Shown piece by piece: positions 1-9,716 of a DNA stretch of 64,000 nucleotides. This stretch comes from Candidatus Woesebacteria bacterium. Lineage in GTDB: Bacteria > Patescibacteriota > Microgenomatia > UBA8517. The stretch lies in the NCBI GenBank assembly GCA_020060565.1, contig JAGVAE010000002.1:19974-83973 (forward strand). Reading direction: 5' to 3'. The notes beneath the pieces were generated by a model, which made no database searches, was not told where the DNA came from, and saw nothing but the letters and a program-made list of their open reading frames with translations. The translations under genes were made by a program, and so were the position numbers. The stretch's first letter is position 1. Every line of letters begins with the position of its first letter.

Positions 1-1168
1 CTTCAAGTCCCATTGAAAGATATTTTTTATGTTTTTCTTTAATTACATCAGGATCTTTGGTGATTGTACTTTCGTCAATTCTAAGTAGTCCTCCATTGAC
101 TACTACACTCTCTAATATCTCTCTACGTTTCTTGTAGGGAGTTTCTATGAAGCTTTTCCCATTAAGAATTAAAACATCAAACACTTGGAATTGAAGAGGT
201 GTGGCCTCTGAACTTTTGACCACATCATGCTTTCTTCTTCTTTGAATTGTTTTTTGAAAATCTACAAAACCCTCGCGTTCAGGATCAAGTCCAACAGCTT
301 CAGTATCCAAAATAACTGAATCTGCTTTTATATACTTCCCCACTTCTTTGAGTTCGGGGAAAATGTCAGGGTTTAGGGCATTCATGTTTCTTGTAAAAAT
401 CTTAAGAAAATTTGGTTTTTTGAAATGGATAAATATGCGCAAACCGTCAAATTTAGGTTCCACCGCTACCTCACCCATTTTTTTTATCATCTCAGTAGTG
501 GAATTAAGTCTGGCTGCTAACATCGGAACAACGGGAACACCTACTTCGGGCTTGACTTCAGATAATTTCTTTTCTTTTACGAGACGGGCAATGTAGCCTA
601 TGTCTGGCCTAATGTTGTATGCTTTTTCAATTTCATTTTTTGTTTTTATATCATGTCCTGCTAGTGCATCTATTACTGTTTTTTCTGAAAAACCTAAGCG
701 GAGGCGTCCAACTGGGATTCTGGCAACAAAACGGGCAGATAATGGATCAAGATTTTTGAGGATATTTGCCATCTTTTCAATTTTTCTGTCCTGGCTTCCC
801 TCTCCAGTATCTTTAGCAATTGAAAGAAGATCCCCATATACTTCCAAAACGTTCATTTGATAATTTTTGCTTTTACTTAAGGCTTGGGCAACATTTCCAA
901 CATCCCCTTTTTGCTTATATAACCTGGTTACTTCCTCAATACTTTCCCTGTTTGCCTGCGCAATAGCTTTAATCACCATTTTTTCAGCAAGGTTTAGAAG
1001 TACTCCTTCATAATTGGGGGCAAGAATTCCAAGAGAGATATAGACAGTTTTTTGAATTTCGTTAGAATCAGTTTTTTTGAATAAGTCGGTTAAAATACTA
1101 GTTATTTCAAGACGGGAGGGGGTTTTTTCTAGTTTATCAAGGTAAATAGCAAACTCACTAAATTTCAT
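1..1168 (-). CDS. lig: ATP-dependent DNA ligase (3' end of the gene runs off the window start)
   Basis: The minus-strand frame is open from ATG (complement of 1166-1168) to position 1. It translates as MKFSEFAIYLDKLEKTPSRLE...VAVEPKFDGLRIFIHF, which contains adenylation motif I KxDGxR. The plus-strand ORFs at 348..596 and 600..860 are antisense artefacts. Confidence 0.8.
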   Translation of the reverse strand, partial: MKFSEFAIYLDKLEKTPSRLEITSILTDLFKKTDSNEIQKTVYISLGILAPNYEGVLLNLAEKMVIKAIAQANRESIEEVTRLYKQKGDVGNVAQALSKSKNYQMNVLEVYGDLLSIAKDTGEGSQDRKIEKMANILKNLDPLSARFVARIPVGRLRLGFSEKTVIDALAGHDIKTKNEIEKAYNIRPDIGYIARLVKEKKLSEVKPEVGVPVVPMLAARLNSTTEMIKKMGEVAVEPKFDGLRIFIHFKKPNFLKIFTRNMNALNPDIFPELKEVGKYIKADSVILDTEAVGLDPEREGFVDFQKTIQRRRKHDVVKSSEATPLQFQVFDVLILNGKSFIETPYKKRREILESVVVNGGLLRIDESTITKDPDVIKEKHKKYLSMGLE

Positions 1169-1183
1169 ATCTGTATTATACCG

Positions 1184-1393
1184 CTATATTGCCTTGTGCA
1201 CAGTCATATAACTAGAAAAGAAGATGTAAGCAAAGATGACTGCTCCTATGAATACAAAGCCAAAAACAATAGATAGTACTCCGTTCCACTCTTCGTGAAC
1301 TACTTTATTTATTCCCTCTCCAAGTAGTGTCAGACCAAACAGACTTGGCAAAACCAGGATCATATATAAAAACTGCGGATCCATGTTAGTCAT
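1184..1393 (-). CDS. small hydrophobic membrane protein (hypothetical)
   Basis: 69-aa ORF with two predicted TM segments, directly downstream of fic on the same strand. Confidence 0.35.
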   Translation of the reverse strand: MTNMDPQFLYMILVLPSLFGLTLLGEGINKVVHEEWNGVLSIVFGFVFIGAVIFAYIFFSSYMTVHKAI

Positions 1394-1405
1394 AATTTTA
1401 AATTT

Positions 1406-2506
1406 TTACTTGTTTGCTACTACATATTTACTTGCTTTTGTTGTTCCGGTTTTTTTCAGGATTCCTTTTGTTAATAAATCCCTAAGTTCTCTTAAAATTG
1501 TGTCTTCTGAAACCATGGGCAGAACTTTTTTAAGTTCACTCATGCCACCACTTCCTTGATCACTTATATATTCGATCAGTCTCATCTGGCGCTCGGAAAG
1601 TGCTATTTGTTCTCCAAATTTGACCTTGAGACGAGTATCTACCGAAAGCTTTCTAACCTTATCTTTTATTTTTTCCAGTTCAATGGCAACTACGTGGGTA
1701 AAATATTCAAGCCAGGGGGTAATATCACGACTACCAATGTTTGGTGATTGTCTATCAACCTGAGCAATTGCTTCGTAATAATCAGCAGGATCAGTATCAA
1801 AATGCTCTTCCAAAGAGAAAAACTTTTTAACGTTATACCCTTCTCTCATGAGCATTAAGGTTGCAAAAGAACGGACGGTTCTACCATTTCCTTCAACAAA
1901 GGGATGGATTGCAACTAAAATGTAGTGTGCAATTCCTGATCTTATGATTGGGTGGATATCACAAGCTTCTGAATCATTAAGCCAGGCAAAAAAATCTTCT
2001 AAAAGATAAGGGACTTCAACGTGCGCGGGGGGTGAAAAAATAACATTTCCCGTTCCCTCTTCTTTTATGACTACTTCTGTGGTTCTAAAAACTCCAACTT
2101 TGTCAGGTACTATAATTCTATCAACTGTTGCTTTATGAATATCTTTTAACATATCGGGGTCATAATCTCCCCTTTTGACCGCAAGCTCATCTAAAAGTGT
2201 TGCAACATTCCTATAATTAATTACTTCTTGAATATCCCGTGCTCGTCCATATACTTCTTGTCCTTCAAGAATCTTTTTTGTTTGATAGAGGGTTAGATCA
2301 TTTCCTTCAATGTGGGTTCCGTGGTGGATAGTGCGCACCATAGCATCACTTTGAAATTGTTTTTCAAAAGATGGAACCAAAGGAGCGTTTTCAATGACTT
2401 CACGGCTGGCCTCAATCGAGCCAATATTTTTTAGAACTTTATTTGAGACTGAATACTTGGGCACGTACATAACTATAATATACCGCAGACTATGCGGTAA
2501 AAACAA
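1406..2506 (-). CDS. fic: Fic/DOC family protein (AMPylase-type) with C-terminal winged-helix-like region
   Basis: Canonical Fic motif HPFVEGNGRTVR (HxFx[D/E]GNGRxxR). N-terminal THIEGNDLTL segment resembles the class II Fic N-terminal motif. Confidence 0.85.
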   Translation of the reverse strand: MFLPHSLRYIIVMYVPKYSVSNKVLKNIGSIEASREVIENAPLVPSFEKQFQSDAMVRTIHHGTHIEGNDLTLYQTKKILEGQEVYGRARDIQEVINYRNVATLLDELAVKRGDYDPDMLKDIHKATVDRIIVPDKVGVFRTTEVVIKEEGTGNVIFSPPAHVEVPYLLEDFFAWLNDSEACDIHPIIRSGIAHYILVAIHPFVEGNGRTVRSFATLMLMREGYNVKKFFSLEEHFDTDPADYYEAIAQVDRQSPNIGSRDITPWLEYFTHVVAIELEKIKDKVRKLSVDTRLKVKFGEQIALSERQMRLIEYISDQGSGGMSELKKVLPMVSEDTILRELRDLLTKGILKKTGTTKASKYVVANK

Positions 2507-2538
2507 TGGTATAATTGGTTACGTCAGACGATTAAATT

Positions 2539-2808
2539 ATGGCAAAGGTGGTTAAGAAAGTTCACAAACAAGTTTCTGAGATAAAAAGGGAGTTTCTCAA
2601 ACAGATGTTGGTTCTTTCAACTGGTGGATTGGGACTGGTTGCAGCTTTGGCCTGGAATGAATTTATTAAAGAAGTGATAAATAATTATCTAAAACCTATT
2701 ATTGGAGGTGTTTCAGGTTTGGTCTCACTTTTCATCTATGCAGTTTTAGTCACACTTCTAGCAGTTTTTGTGACATATAGCTTGACTAAATTGGTGAAGA
2801 AATATTAA
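2539..2808 (+). CDS. small membrane protein (hypothetical)
   Basis: 89-aa ORF, basic N-terminus followed by two hydrophobic helices. Confidence 0.45.
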   Translation: MAKVVKKVHKQVSEIKREFLKQMLVLSTGGLGLVAALAWNEFIKEVINNYLKPIIGGVSGLVSLFIYAVLVTLLAVFVTYSLTKLVKKY

Positions 2809-3014
2809 TCTTTCTCTCTTGCCAACCAATCAGGAATACCTATATCTTTTGGTGGAGTTAAGGTTGATGGAGGTGGTGGTTCTTCTGGAATTTCTCCTGG
2901 ACGAACAACTCTTACTTTTTGTCTTTTAAAATATTTAACTCCTGTATCTGGATTTCTCCCAACTAACACATTTTTCCATTCGTATCTAGTTTTTTTAGTT
3001 CCTTCATTCTCCAT
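2805..3014 (-). CDS. hypothetical Pro-rich small protein
   Basis: 69-aa ORF (EEPPPPSTLTPP), located between recF and the small + gene. No recognisable family. Confidence 0.3.
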   Translation of the reverse strand: MENEGTKKTRYEWKNVLVGRNPDTGVKYFKRQKVRVVRPGEIPEEPPPPSTLTPPKDIGIPDWLAREKD

Positions 3015-3023
3015 ATTTATATT

Positions 3024-4046
3024 TTAACTCTTTAGGTCAATTCTCTCCACTTTTCCGAAGCCTTTCAAGAAATGTTCATCTGCGGTTGTTATTATTGTTT
3101 GTTGTTTTTTGGCTAATTCCATGACTATTTCCCTATGTTCATGGTCTAGTTCTGAGAAGATATCATCCAAAAGGAGTGTGGGTCTGACTTCAGTTTTTTT
3201 CTCAATGAAGTTTAACTCAGCCATCTTGAGCCAAAGTACTCCCATTCTCTGTTCACCACGACTACCATATGAGGAAAGGTTCCTCTTGCCTTCAAAAAAA
3301 ATAAAATCATCTCTGTGGGGGCCAACTAAGGTGGTTGCAGCGGAAACTTCCTCCTCTTTATACTGTTCAAGTCTTCCAACACTTATAACTGATTTATCAT
3401 AATTAAGAGAGTAACTATTTTTAAATGTTGATGGACTTGAATTTATAAACTGTATAAACTCTTCCCTTTTTTGAGAAATATAGTCTCCATTCTTTATCAA
3501 AAGTTGATTCCAAAAAAGAAGTTGGGAACGAGGTATTCCCTCTTCTCGTATTCTAAAAAGTAATCTGTTTCTTTGTCTTAAACCCTTTTCGTATGAAAGA
3601 ACGCTTCTTCTATATTCTCTGTCTATCTGGGATAGAACGGTGTCTAAGAACTTTCTTCTTATACTTGGTGCTTCTGTAACAAGATCCATGTCCCAGGGAC
3701 CAAACAATACAGTTTTAAAGTTTCCTGCAAAATCAATTGTACGTTTGGGAACCCCATTTACTGTTAGTTTTTTCTTTGGCCAACCATTATCCCCTGTTGT
3801 TATTTTTACTTCTAGTTTTATTCCATCTAATATTCCTGTAATACTAGCTATTGTTTCTTCATATTTAATCATTTCTGCTTCCAACCTTGCCTTAAAGCTT
3901 TTGGTGGTTGAAAGAAGATAAAGAGCTTCCAAAATATTGGTTTTACCTGAGGCGTTTGGTCCTACTATGGTAGTTATCCTATCTGAGAATTTTAGGTTTT
4001 TTGCTTTGAAATTCCTGAAATCTGAGAGTTTGACTACATTTATCAT
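3024..4046 (-). CDS. recF: DNA replication and repair protein RecF
   Basis: N-terminal MINVVKLSDFRNF...IVGPNASGKTNILEALYLL (Walker A). ABC/SMC-like signature and D-loop near the C-terminus (LLLDDIFSELD). Confidence 0.9.
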   Translation of the reverse strand: MINVVKLSDFRNFKAKNLKFSDRITTIVGPNASGKTNILEALYLLSTTKSFKARLEAEMIKYEETIASITGILDGIKLEVKITTGDNGWPKKKLTVNGVPKRTIDFAGNFKTVLFGPWDMDLVTEAPSIRRKFLDTVLSQIDREYRRSVLSYEKGLRQRNRLLFRIREEGIPRSQLLFWNQLLIKNGDYISQKREEFIQFINSSPSTFKNSYSLNYDKSVISVGRLEQYKEEEVSAATTLVGPHRDDFIFFEGKRNLSSYGSRGEQRMGVLWLKMAELNFIEKKTEVRPTLLLDDIFSELDHEHREIVMELAKKQQTIITTADEHFLKGFGKVERIDLKS

Positions 4047-4049
4047 ATT

Positions 4050-4838
4050 TTGAAGTATATCAGCTTTTTAAAAAGCTTATGGTATACTCGTGCCATGCCT
4101 GAAAGAAATTACGGAAATATTCAAAGCAATTTGTTTATTGATGTTGAAGGTTTCAAAAAAATGGTAAGGGAAAACCTAGAAACCTCTGAGGTAAATAAGG
4201 CTATTAAAGCCAATTGTTGGATGATTGCCCTACTTAATACTTATAGCCTGTGCTGTCATGTTCAGCATAGAGAAAACAATATTCTAAGAGTTTTTGACAA
4301 ATTGGTTAAACTGACTCAACCTGATGACCTGGATAAAAGTTCTCTAACCTTCAGAGTAAATCAGGAATTGATAAGCGATGATGCCACTGATTTAAAATTC
4401 TATGGTGGAGGAGACGACCTACTCTTTCAATGGTTAAAGGATGAAATTGGATTGGAATTAATTTATCAATCTGAACTACCAAAAGAAAATGGAGATTTTT
4501 TGACAAACGATGTTTTTCTTTTTGGCAGCCATGTCAAAGAAACCACACAAGAAGTCACCAAGACTGTTGGCCATTTGGTTCCAGTTATCTTTAACTATGG
4601 TCAGGGAGTTATCGCCTTGAGTGAGCCAACCTCCAAAGGAGGAAAAAATGAGATTCTTTTTGCAGATATTGTTAAAAACGAAGGGTTATACAAAGATAGT
4701 ACTGTAACCTATTTCGATACCAACTACCAAAAATTACTATTTAAGATTTTCCACTATGCCAATCCAAAAAATAGTAAAAGGGTCAAAAGGAAACTTTATT
4801 TAGAATTAGATGGATGCTGTCTTGCTCGTCTTTCGTGA
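4050..4838 (+). CDS. hypothetical protein
   Basis: 262-aa ORF divergent from recF. A start at M16 (4095) is possible. No recognisable motifs. Confidence 0.45.
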   Translation: MKYISFLKSLWYTRAMPERNYGNIQSNLFIDVEGFKKMVRENLETSEVNKAIKANCWMIALLNTYSLCCHVQHRENNILRVFDKLVKLTQPDDLDKSSLTFRVNQELISDDATDLKFYGGGDDLLFQWLKDEIGLELIYQSELPKENGDFLTNDVFLFGSHVKETTQEVTKTVGHLVPVIFNYGQGVIALSEPTSKGGKNEILFADIVKNEGLYKDSTVTYFDTNYQKLLFKIFHYANPKNSKRVKRKLYLELDGCCLARLS

Positions 4839-5052
4839 AGAGATTGAATAGTTTTGGCACGTATAACTTTTACTCTTTCATATACAGAGGCTAGAGGAGA
4901 TTCACCGACCTCCACACCATTAGCCAGAGAAGGATCCCCCACATCCTTACGGTGATGATAATCTGGATTTTCCGATCTGTATTGGTATTCAGATGCCATA
5001 TTTCCCCCATTCTACTACTTTATTTTTCCATAATCAAGAAATTATAGAAAGT

Positions 5053-5661
5053 CTACTTTTCCAGTTTCTTGATGTATTTATTTGAAAATTTATTAACTGC
5101 ATAATATATTCCAATTAGGATAAGCGTAAAGATGAAAAGTCCCCAAACTGTAATATCTACCGCTTTTCCGAAATTACTCACAGTTCCTCCAAAGTAATAA
5201 CCAACTGCAATTAAGATTAGAGATTTGGGGATGGTTGCTAGGAAGTTATACCACAGAAAATTCTTCATTTTGATTTTTACAGATCCTGCTGCAAAAAGAA
5301 TAAGTCCACCAAGAGCCTGGGAAAGCTTACCAAAGAAAAGTATTGTTCCATCATTTTTCTTTATGGCACTCTCAAGTTTGGCAACAAGTTTAAGGTCAAC
5401 TCTAAAAAACTTAAGTACTCCTTTATATGTTTTATTTAGCCACCAACGACCTGCTGCGTAATACAAAACATCTCCTGCCAAATCTCCAGTCATGATTGTC
5501 AAATATGTGGGAATAAAATCCATAAATCCCACAGATACTAAAAACCCTGCAATGATAGTTACAATTGGTCCTTCGATAAGTGCTAGTGGAAAAAGAATGA
5601 GGTAACTGTATGTATAAAGAAGACCAAATATCTGAGCTGTTTGATCAGCTGAAGTCAACAT
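5053..5661 (-). CDS. DedA/SNARE-associated family membrane protein
   Basis: LALIEGPIVTIIAGFL motif and 4-5 TM helices typical of DedA. Confidence 0.75.
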   Translation of the reverse strand: MLTSADQTAQIFGLLYTYSYLILFPLALIEGPIVTIIAGFLVSVGFMDFIPTYLTIMTGDLAGDVLYYAAGRWWLNKTYKGVLKFFRVDLKLVAKLESAIKKNDGTILFFGKLSQALGGLILFAAGSVKIKMKNFLWYNFLATIPKSLILIAVGYYFGGTVSNFGKAVDITVWGLFIFTLILIGIYYAVNKFSNKYIKKLEK

Positions 5662-5673
5662 GGATAGATAATA

Positions 5674-6534
5674 TCATTTTTGGCAGACTGGGCACCAGTA
5701 AGTTCCACGTCCGCCCAAGAAGTATTTTTCGATTCTGACACCTGCCTGCCGGCAGGCAGGTCTTTCGCAAGGTTCTCCATCATGTCCATATGCTAGAGTA
5801 TGGTTTTGATATTCTCCTTCTTTTCCATCTGGGGTAACAAAGGCAAGTTCTGAGGCTCCTCCATATTTTAGACCTGCTTTAAGAACCGTAATGATTGCTT
5901 TATATAGTTCTTCAACTGTTTTTTCTTCTAAGCTATTCGCTTTTCGTTTCGGATCGATACTCGAAAGCCAAAGTGCGTCGTTTGCATAAATGTTCCCCAC
6001 TCCCCCTATTTTTGTTTGATCCATTAGTACAACTTTTACAGCTCGAGAACTTTTTGAAAAAATATTTTGAAGTTCTTCTAAGGAAATTTCCAATGCATCC
6101 TTTCCAAGTTTGCTTATAAATCTTTCATCATTTACCTCTTGCCTTTTAACTATCTTTATCCAACCAAAACGTCTTACATCGTTGTAATAAAGAACACCAC
6201 CGCGGTCTAAATCAAAAATTACTAAGGTGTGGGGGCCTGGTACTCCACCAATAACTTTAGATGATAGCGAATAGTTATTAGTAGTTAGATTGGGACCTTG
6301 ATAAATATACTGCCCAGTGAGCTTGACGTGAGTAATTAGCGAGTAGCCATTAGAAAAATCTATTACAGACACCTTTCCAAAACGCCTTACGTCTTTAATT
6401 TTACCTCCAATAATATTTTTTGTGTCCCCGCTTAATATCTTTTCACTAAATATCTTTATATCTTTTATCACATGTCCAGTAAGGAATTTCTTTAATTGAA
6501 GCCTCATTGTCTCAACCTCTGGTAGTTCAGGCAT
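5674..6534 (-). CDS. mutM: formamidopyrimidine-DNA glycosylase (Fpg/MutM)
   Basis: N-terminal MPELPEVETMRL (catalytic Pro2, Glu3), H2TH region and C-terminal zinc finger CPVCQK. Confidence 0.9.
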   Translation of the reverse strand: MPELPEVETMRLQLKKFLTGHVIKDIKIFSEKILSGDTKNIIGGKIKDVRRFGKVSVIDFSNGYSLITHVKLTGQYIYQGPNLTTNNYSLSSKVIGGVPGPHTLVIFDLDRGGVLYYNDVRRFGWIKIVKRQEVNDERFISKLGKDALEISLEELQNIFSKSSRAVKVVLMDQTKIGGVGNIYANDALWLSSIDPKRKANSLEEKTVEELYKAIITVLKAGLKYGGASELAFVTPDGKEGEYQNHTLAYGHDGEPCERPACRQAGVRIEKYFLGGRGTYWCPVCQK

Positions 6535-6547
6535 AGAGATATTATAT

Positions 6548-6615
6548 TACAATCTCATTGTTCCTGCCCCTCGAAGCCTTGGCGAAGTGGGGTCTACCTC
6601 AGGAAGTTCTGGCAT
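6548..6615 (-). other. 22-codon mini-ORF (MPELPEVDPTSPRLRGAGTMRL) duplicating the fpg 5' end, containing the 27-nt repeat
   Basis: Minus-strand atgccagaacttcctgaggtagac + cccacttcgccaaggcttcgaggg + gcaggaacaatgagattgtaa. It matches the true fpg start (atgcctgaactaccagaggttgagacaatgagg) and lies 13 nt upstream of it. Confidence 0.4.
6568..6594. repeat. 27-nt exact repeat copy 1 (ccctcgaagccttggcgaagtggggtc), intergenic upstream of fpg
   Basis: Identical 27-mer is found at 38841..38867 inside the transketolase C-subunit coding sequence. Flanks are partially similar (TCAGGA..TC..G). Confidence 0.7.
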
Positions 6616-6617
6616 AT

Positions 6618-8567
6618 TTAATTATCACTTCTCAAGTCACTAGAATCAAATATTATTCCTTGTTTATATTCAGTGCTTTTAGGAAATTTCTTCCCTACCT
6701 CTGGTTGAACAAATATTACTTTAGGTTCTTTGTAGTCCTGCGGATGGTAAAAACGTGCTTTATCTCCATTACTTACAATACCCAATATCTTTCCAGTTTC
6801 AATATCTTTGAATGGTTCGGGTAGAATATTTACAACATGGAAACAGGGATCGTTATACATCTCACTAATAAAATGTGGGCACCTCAGTGTTGAATCGTAT
6901 CTTGCACATGTTACAAGACCAACTTTATCGGCAGTAAGCATATGAAATTTTTCGTTAATAAGTGTCCCACCGCCAAAGTCCATATCAACAATAAAAACTG
7001 CCCCTGGATACAATTTATTAAAGTGCTCAGCTTTAGCATAAAAATCATCAAGATCTCTATACCTTTTATTTCCAATTTTATAACCCAATAGATTAACAAC
7101 TGGACCTTCAACCTGTCCAATTGAAAAATTGTTTGTTTCGGCTGTAAAATCGACCAACACAAGCTTTTCATCGATCTGATTTATTTCTGGCACAACACTT
7201 GATGATTTAAGTTTAAGTTTCGGACGAATCTGGACAATATATAGGTTTTCTCCGCCAGCTAAAGCTTCGACATTAAACTCTCCATTATAATCTGGGTATT
7301 TTTTTGACAACCTTCTTGCAATACGCGCAATTTTAACCATTTCCTTTATTGGCATCTTTGTCAATTGCTTGGGATAAAAGACATCTTCAACAATATCCTT
7401 TCTGCTAATTATCTTATTATTTGTATCTATTATTGCTTTACGTCCCACAAAGTCACTTGATCTAAATAATTGTCTATTAACATATTCCACACTTACTTCC
7501 CCATGGTTATAGAAAACTCTACATACGAATTTATAATCTTTGGGGATTTCCTGAACAATCACAGCTAATGCTCTTGAAGTTTTCCCTATCAAATTACGAT
7601 TTCTTAGATAGAATTCAGCATAGGAAGACCAGGGGCTTAAATACACATGTCTAAGAGCTTTATAGGCATCTTCGGTTGTATGTATATAATCATAACTCTC
7701 GAAAACCCCACCAAATTGATATTCATCACCATCTTCAAGAGGAAAACTAGACCTAAATATAAGATCTTTATTTAAGATACACCCATGTTTTGCCCCTGCA
7801 AATTCAACAACCTTTTTACAAATTAGGGGTTTAAATATGCTTTCATAAAAATTCAGTGAATCGAAAAGTTTTTCAATAGCGTGTGGAATAGCACGAGATG
7901 AAAGATCAAATGTTGCAATGTTTAAACCATTCTGCCTCATAATATCCTCAGGAGAATCGAAGCTAGACATAATTTCTTCTGCCTTACCCTCAAAACCAAA
8001 TGCATTCATTTTTTTATAAAAATTTGTGGGTATTACGAAAAAATCAGGTACTTTAAAACCCACATTTTCATATTTTTTTAGTCTAACTTGCCCAAATGCC
8101 TTTCCCCCAATCTCTTCTACCGTAGCCTTTTCCATACCCCTCTCGGTAGGCATTGTAAGATTCTTCATTCCCCACGGTGAAAAAATCATTTTTGCTTTTT
8201 CCGAAAAGAAATTGCTCACTAAAAAAACTGAGTGCTGCATTAAACCATTACGTTTGTTTTTTCTATTTGACCTGTCATAACATGGAGATTCTTCAAGAAC
8301 TAGCGTGGCGAGTCTTTCTCCAGTAGTATCTTTTACCTTAGCAATTGTCATTGGTCCCAAATCCCAATTTTCATAATTGTGGCAATATAAAATGTTCTTT
8401 CTGGGTATTAATCTTTCTTTTTGTATTATATCTCCATCGTAATAGCCACCAGAAAGAGCGGTATGGGGATTCTTTTCGTTTAAATAAACACTGGCGAAGT
8501 CTTTGATTCTTTTTCTTTGTACAATCCCAGGTAATAAATCTTGATGCCAAGTTGGTCTTTCTGCCAT
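6618..8567 (-). CDS. PPDK_N (PEP/pyruvate-binding, ATP-grasp-like) domain protein, large hypothetical
   Basis: EEIGGKAFGQVRLKKYENVGFKVPDFFVIPT resembles the GGKxxxL...G.PVP.GF.IT signature of PEP synthase/PPDK N-terminal domains. The C-terminal roughly 300 aa has no recognised family. Confidence 0.55.
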   Translation of the reverse strand: MAERPTWHQDLLPGIVQRKRIKDFASVYLNEKNPHTALSGGYYDGDIIQKERLIPRKNILYCHNYENWDLGPMTIAKVKDTTGERLATLVLEESPCYDRSNRKNKRNGLMQHSVFLVSNFFSEKAKMIFSPWGMKNLTMPTERGMEKATVEEIGGKAFGQVRLKKYENVGFKVPDFFVIPTNFYKKMNAFGFEGKAEEIMSSFDSPEDIMRQNGLNIATFDLSSRAIPHAIEKLFDSLNFYESIFKPLICKKVVEFAGAKHGCILNKDLIFRSSFPLEDGDEYQFGGVFESYDYIHTTEDAYKALRHVYLSPWSSYAEFYLRNRNLIGKTSRALAVIVQEIPKDYKFVCRVFYNHGEVSVEYVNRQLFRSSDFVGRKAIIDTNNKIISRKDIVEDVFYPKQLTKMPIKEMVKIARIARRLSKKYPDYNGEFNVEALAGGENLYIVQIRPKLKLKSSSVVPEINQIDEKLVLVDFTAETNNFSIGQVEGPVVNLLGYKIGNKRYRDLDDFYAKAEHFNKLYPGAVFIVDMDFGGGTLINEKFHMLTADKVGLVTCARYDSTLRCPHFISEMYNDPCFHVVNILPEPFKDIETGKILGIVSNGDKARFYHPQDYKEPKVIFVQPEVGKKFPKSTEYKQGIIFDSSDLRSDN

Positions 8568-8601
8568 ATTTATTTTTGGCAGTGGACAATTTTACTACAA
8601 T

Positions 8602-9711
8602 CTACGAATGTTTGTTGACAAATTCTAGAATCTCTTTTTTAAATCTTTCTTTTGAAAATTTTTTGGCTTGGGTTATGCAATCTTCTGGACTAAATTTCAT
8701 TTTTTCAAACTTTTTAATTGCTTCCGATAGACTTTCTACTGTTGGTTCGTTGAAAAATACTCCTGTTTTGTTTTCGGTAACCGACTCAAGATATCCCCCT
8801 CCCCTAAAAGCTATCACAGGCGTTCCTGATAACATTGACTCAACTGGAGTCATTCCAAAATCTTCATCTGTTGAAAGAACTAAAAAAGCCTTCGCTGTCG
8901 CGTAAAGTCTTGCAACTTCGGTGTCAGTAACATGACCCAAGAATTCTATATTGTTTTTTGATAGTTTTTGCAGTTTTTTATACTCCATATAATACCCAGC
9001 TGGGCTTCCTGCAACTTTTAATTTTATGCCTAGCTTGATTGCAGTTTTGATAGCTAAATCAATTCCTTTTCCGCCAACAATACGGCTAATTATTAAGTAA
9101 TAGTCCTCTTTTTGTACTCTTCCAATTTCTGGTATTTCAACTGGTGGATATATTACCGTAGAGTCCCTGTGGTATATATCTTTAATTCTTCCCGCAACAT
9201 TCTTTGAGTTTGATATAAAATAGTTTACTTTTTGAGCCATTGTAAAATCATACTTCCTCATAAAGAAACCAACGATCTTTGCATATAGTCTGACTATCCA
9301 ATATTTTTGGAACTCTATTGAGGTTTTATATCCGTAAAGCCACCTTGGTGGTGTATGACAATAACAAATTTCAACTGGCCTCTTCTTATCAGTTCCGCGG
9401 GTTCCAAATCCCTTGGTAACATACCAACTTGCGGATGAAATCACTAAGTCATATTCTGAAAAATCAAAACTACCCCAGATAAAAGGTGCTAAAAATCTTA
9501 GAGGGCTATGCAAGTATTTTGAAAAGAAGGGAATTTTATGTGCCCAGGAGGTAATTATTTTTTTATTTTTGAATCTTTCATACGCCTGAGATTTTTCTCT
9601 ATAAAAAGCAGTGTAGATTGGGGCATCGGGATAAATTTCAGATAACGCCAATAGAACCCTTTCTGCTCCCCCAAACTCATTTAGATAATCATGTACCAGT
9701 GCTATTTTCAT
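8602..9711 (-). CDS. glycosyltransferase family 4 (GT1 fold)
   Basis: MKIALVHDYLNEFGGAERVLLAL N-terminus and C-terminal EDFGMTPVESMLSGTPVIA (EX7E-like) motif. Confidence 0.85.
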   Translation of the reverse strand: MKIALVHDYLNEFGGAERVLLALSEIYPDAPIYTAFYREKSQAYERFKNKKIITSWAHKIPFFSKYLHSPLRFLAPFIWGSFDFSEYDLVISSASWYVTKGFGTRGTDKKRPVEICYCHTPPRWLYGYKTSIEFQKYWIVRLYAKIVGFFMRKYDFTMAQKVNYFISNSKNVAGRIKDIYHRDSTVIYPPVEIPEIGRVQKEDYYLIISRIVGGKGIDLAIKTAIKLGIKLKVAGSPAGYYMEYKKLQKLSKNNIEFLGHVTDTEVARLYATAKAFLVLSTDEDFGMTPVESMLSGTPVIAFRGGGYLESVTENKTGVFFNEPTVESLSEAIKKFEKMKFSPEDCITQAKKFSKERFKKEILEFVNKHS

Positions 9712-9716
9712 TTTTT

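Noticed and set aside
348-860. Two small + strand ORFs (82 and 86 aa) from the ORF track
   Set aside because: They lie antisense inside the continuous minus-strand ATP-dependent ligase reading frame and have low-complexity translations. They are artefacts of the open ligase frame.
6558-6824. 88-aa + strand ORF (MFLPLEALAKWGLPQ...)
   Set aside because: It is a translation of the 27-nt repeat region. It runs antisense into the 3' end of the 649-aa gene and is highly hydrophobic with no signals. It was treated as non-coding repeat sequence.
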